From an uncultured Verrucomicrobiae bacterium (GTDB lineage: Bacteria; Verrucomicrobiota; Verrucomicrobiia; Chthoniobacterales; Chthoniobacteraceae): DNA of 64,000 nt. Numbering within the stretch: position 1 is the stretch's first letter; each line of letters opens with the position of its first letter. Below, piece by piece: positions 61,372 through 64,000 of the stretch. A model generated the notes under the pieces. It had not been told where the DNA came from, ran no database searches, and saw only the letters and a program-made list of their open reading frames with translations. The stretch is taken from positions 512,001-576,000 of the forward strand of contig CAVYKI010000009.1 in the NCBI GenBank assembly GCA_963769025.1, written 5' to 3'. The position numbers and the translations under genes were made by a program.

Positions 61372-62631
61372 TTACCGGCCCGTTGCGAGGTCGAGGAAGA
61401 CGATGATGGAGGGATTGCCGACGGGCGTGTATTGGCCGGTGAAGGCCAGGGCGCCCGTCCTCCGATCCACGCGGAAGGTCGTGATGTTATCGGCGCGCTG
61501 GTTGCACGAGTAGAGGAACGCGCCCGTGGGATCGAAGCTGAAGCTGCGCGGGTAGTCGCCGCGGGTCCATTCCTCGCCGACAAAGGTCAGCGTGCCATTT
61601 TCGCCGATGGCAAAGCACGCGAGGCCGTCGTGCAGGCGATTGGCCGCATAGACGAAGCGGCCATCGTGCGAGACCGTGATCTCGGAGCAGAAATTGCTGC
61701 CTGCGTATCCCGGCGGAAGGCTGGAGATGGTCTGTCGCGGGGCGAGGCGTCCTTTCTCCGCGTCGTAGTCGAAGAGGACGATGTTCGACCCTTCCTCCTG
61801 CAGCGAGTAGAGCCAGCGGCCGTTCGGGTGGAAGGAGAAGTGCCGCGGGCCGTCGCCGGGCGGCAGCGCGATCGCGTGGGGATCATTCGGGGACAGGATG
61901 CCGGTGCGGTCGTCGAACTTCCATACGAGGATCTGGTCCAGCCCCAGATCGGAATGCACGACGAAGCGTCCGGACGGGTCCGCCTCGATCATGTGCGCGT
62001 GCGGCTGGTCGTGGCCGCTGATGGCGAAGCTCCCGGCGGGAGCGTTCGTGGCCTTCTTCGGACCGACGGTGCCGGCGTCCTTTTTGATGTCGGTCGCGGG
62101 GCCGAGCTTTCCATCCGCGAGGATGGGGAGCACCGCGACGGAGCCGCCGAAGTAATTGGCCACGAGCACGAACTTCCCGGACGGGTGGATGCTGACATGC
62201 GTGGGCCCTGCGCCGCCGGAGCTGACGGTGTTGAGCAATGTCAACTGGCCGTCCGCGCGGTTGATCGCGAAGGCACTGACGGTGCCGGGATCACTTTCGC
62301 CCATCCGGTCCGTTTCGTTCGCGGAATACATGCGCGTCCCGGCGGAATTGATGACGAGGCCGCTCGGACTCGATCCCATTTCAAACACGCCATGCGGGGA
62401 CAGCACGCCCGTGGTGCGATCCACACGGAACAGGTGGATGCCGCGGCCGTTTCCCGGCGGCAGGTCCACCTGCGTGGGGCGCACATCGCGGAGCGGCGCG
62501 CTGTAGGTGCCGACGTACGCGATGAGCGGAGGCGCAGTGTCCACCTGCGCAAAGGCCGGGACCGCGCTGCCCGCGGCGAGGGTTGCGGTCGCCTTCAGGA
62601 ATGAGCGACGCGAGAGGGCGGGGGCAATCAT
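61372..62631 (-). CDS. pgl: Tat-exported 6-phosphogluconolactonase family propeller
   Basis: SRRSFLK, YVGTY, VANY, PHAH, GPRH, PRSF. Confidence 0.9.
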   Translation of the reverse strand: MIAPALSRRSFLKATATLAAGSAVPAFAQVDTAPPLIAYVGTYSAPLRDVRPTQVDLPPGNGRGIHLFRVDRTTGVLSPHGVFEMGSSPSGLVINSAGTRMYSANETDRMGESDPGTVSAFAINRADGQLTLLNTVSSGGAGPTHVSIHPSGKFVLVANYFGGSVAVLPILADGKLGPATDIKKDAGTVGPKKATNAPAGSFAISGHDQPHAHMIEADPSGRFVVHSDLGLDQILVWKFDDRTGILSPNDPHAIALPPGDGPRHFSFHPNGRWLYSLQEEGSNIVLFDYDAEKGRLAPRQTISSLPPGYAGSNFCSEITVSHDGRFVYAANRLHDGLACFAIGENGTLTFVGEEWTRGDYPRSFSFDPTGAFLYSCNQRADNITTFRVDRRTGALAFTGQYTPVGNPSIIVFLDLATGR

Positions 62632-62659
62632 GCGGGAGTTCGGCTGCGATGCGCGGCGG

Positions 62660-63646
62660 TTACTTCACCACAGGACGCAGGACGATGTTGCGGTAGTCGA
62701 TGTTCGTGTGGTCGCCCTGAAACATGATGGGGCCGGGCTTGAATTCGTCGCTGGTCATCGCGCCGCCGGTGCAGCCGAGCACGGGCTGGTTGTCGATGAT
62801 GGTCTTCCCATTCAGGATGACGGTGACGTGGCGATCCACGAGCGTGATGTCCATCGTCTGCCATTCGCCGATCGGCTTTTCGGCGGCGACGCTCGGCGTG
62901 ATGCGGCTGTAGAGCGCGCCCATGTTGTGCGAGTCGAGCGGCTTTCCAAAGCTCTCGGCGATCTGGATCTCATAGATGCCGCGGAGGTAGATGCCGCTGT
63001 TGCTGCGCTCCTCGGTGCGCACTTCGAGCGTGAGCCTGAAGTCCTCAAACTCGGCATCGGTGCGGAGGTTGCCATGGCGCTTGCCGGGCGTGACGCGGTT
63101 CATGAGCACGCCGTCCTGCACGCTCCAGCCGTTGTCCGCATTCGGCTGCGTGAGGCGCCAGCCGGTGAGGTCCTTGCCGTTGAAGATCGAGATCGGCGCG
63201 CCGAATTTCACCTTCGACAGATCCGGCGTGGCGGGCACGGGCGGGATGCGCTTGCCGGTGAACTCCGCCTTCGCGAACTCCTTGCCGTCGGCTTTCGCCT
63301 TCACGGTGGTGAGGGCAAGCGTATCGCCGGAGAGTTTCGCGGTGATGGTCTCGGTGACTTTGTCCTGCTGTTCCTTCCCGTCCTTGTCCTTCTTCTTCGC
63401 GCCCGCGACGCGCGTGACGATGAGGGTGTCGCCTTCGACCTTCGTGCTGGTGACCGGCACTACGCTGCCGCCGCCCCAGAGGATGCTGCCCTTGAGTGCG
63501 CCGTCCTTTTCCTCGATGCCCAGCCATCCCGCGCCGCCTCCGGGGATCGTGAGGGCGAAGCGGCCGACGAATGGATTATCCGCGGCACGGAGCAATGGGC
63601 AGGCGCCGAGCGCGAGGAGCGTGATGAGACGGGCGAGGAGTTTCAT
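62660..63646 (-). CDS. DUF1080 (3-keto-disaccharide hydrolase-like) protein
   Basis: IFNGKDLTGW, NSGIYLRG, YEIQI, GALY, QGDH, YRNI. Confidence 0.92.
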   Translation of the reverse strand: MKLLARLITLLALGACPLLRAADNPFVGRFALTIPGGGAGWLGIEEKDGALKGSILWGGGSVVPVTSTKVEGDTLIVTRVAGAKKKDKDGKEQQDKVTETITAKLSGDTLALTTVKAKADGKEFAKAEFTGKRIPPVPATPDLSKVKFGAPISIFNGKDLTGWRLTQPNADNGWSVQDGVLMNRVTPGKRHGNLRTDAEFEDFRLTLEVRTEERSNSGIYLRGIYEIQIAESFGKPLDSHNMGALYSRITPSVAAEKPIGEWQTMDITLVDRHVTVILNGKTIIDNQPVLGCTGGAMTSDEFKPGPIMFQGDHTNIDYRNIVLRPVVK

Positions 63647-63851
63647 GATGGGAGTGGGGATGGTGAGGTGAGGCTAGGGAAATGGGTGAGCGCCAGGGCA
63701 AGAGCGACAAGGGGTTTCATGGTTGAAGGCTGGGGGCGGTGTTGCGAAGGCCGCCGAATCTACAGGCCGCCCACGCGAACGGGAAGGTCAATGCTGGCGT
63801 CGCGCTGTCTTGGCGATTCGACGAAGTGGGCACGCCCTTCCCTATGGGCGG

Positions 63852-64000
63852 CTACTTTACCTCGGGCGGCACAGAGCCGTAGCTCCATGGCTCTGTGAAG
63901 GGCGGGGCTTTGGCGCGTTCGGGGAGCGGAGCGGGGGTGAACTGGCGGGCGAGGGCGAGTGCGGCGTCCACGAATTGGCGACCGGCGGTGATTTCGAGAT
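63852..64000 (-). CDS. C-terminal end of an unidentified gene that starts beyond the window
   Basis: LEITAGRQFVDAALALARQF...WSYGSVPPEVK*. Confidence 0.55.
   Translation of the reverse strand, partial: LEITAGRQFVDAALALARQFTPAPLPERAKAPPFTEPWSYGSVPPEVK

Overview
High-GC bacterial DNA, most likely from Verrucomicrobiota/PVC (inferred from a PVC-type CxxCH heme protein, DUF1080, PQQ-propeller and YHYH genes). The backbone carries housekeeping and envelope genes: a glycosylation cluster, rlmH, rnr, eda, folB, DUF721, HemQ-like, larE, polX, hisC, pgl and blaI/blaR. Several stretches have dense single-base frameshifts that look like long-read assembly errors. The most notable structure is an ~11.2 kb accessory island (38448-49619) bounded by a diverged 92-bp direct duplication of the 3' end of the CxxCH gene, with no integrase visible. 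The island holds a collagen/fibre-like gene, a helical+FN3 gene preceded by a 42-bp palindromic tandem array and an XRE-like HTH gene, two attC-like repeats, a Y1/RAYT transposase flanked by 33-bp terminal inverted repeats, and a giant TSP3-repeat/HExxH protein with a 5' poly-G tract. Outside the island, an HU/DUF4469-like gene with a similar Trp-Asp/Lys-rich leader is followed by a cryptic 22-bp-period degenerate array, suggesting a recurring 'periodic array + leader + Ig-fold protein' module. No rRNA, tRNA or CRISPR array was seen. All family names come from motif recognition by eye, not database searches.
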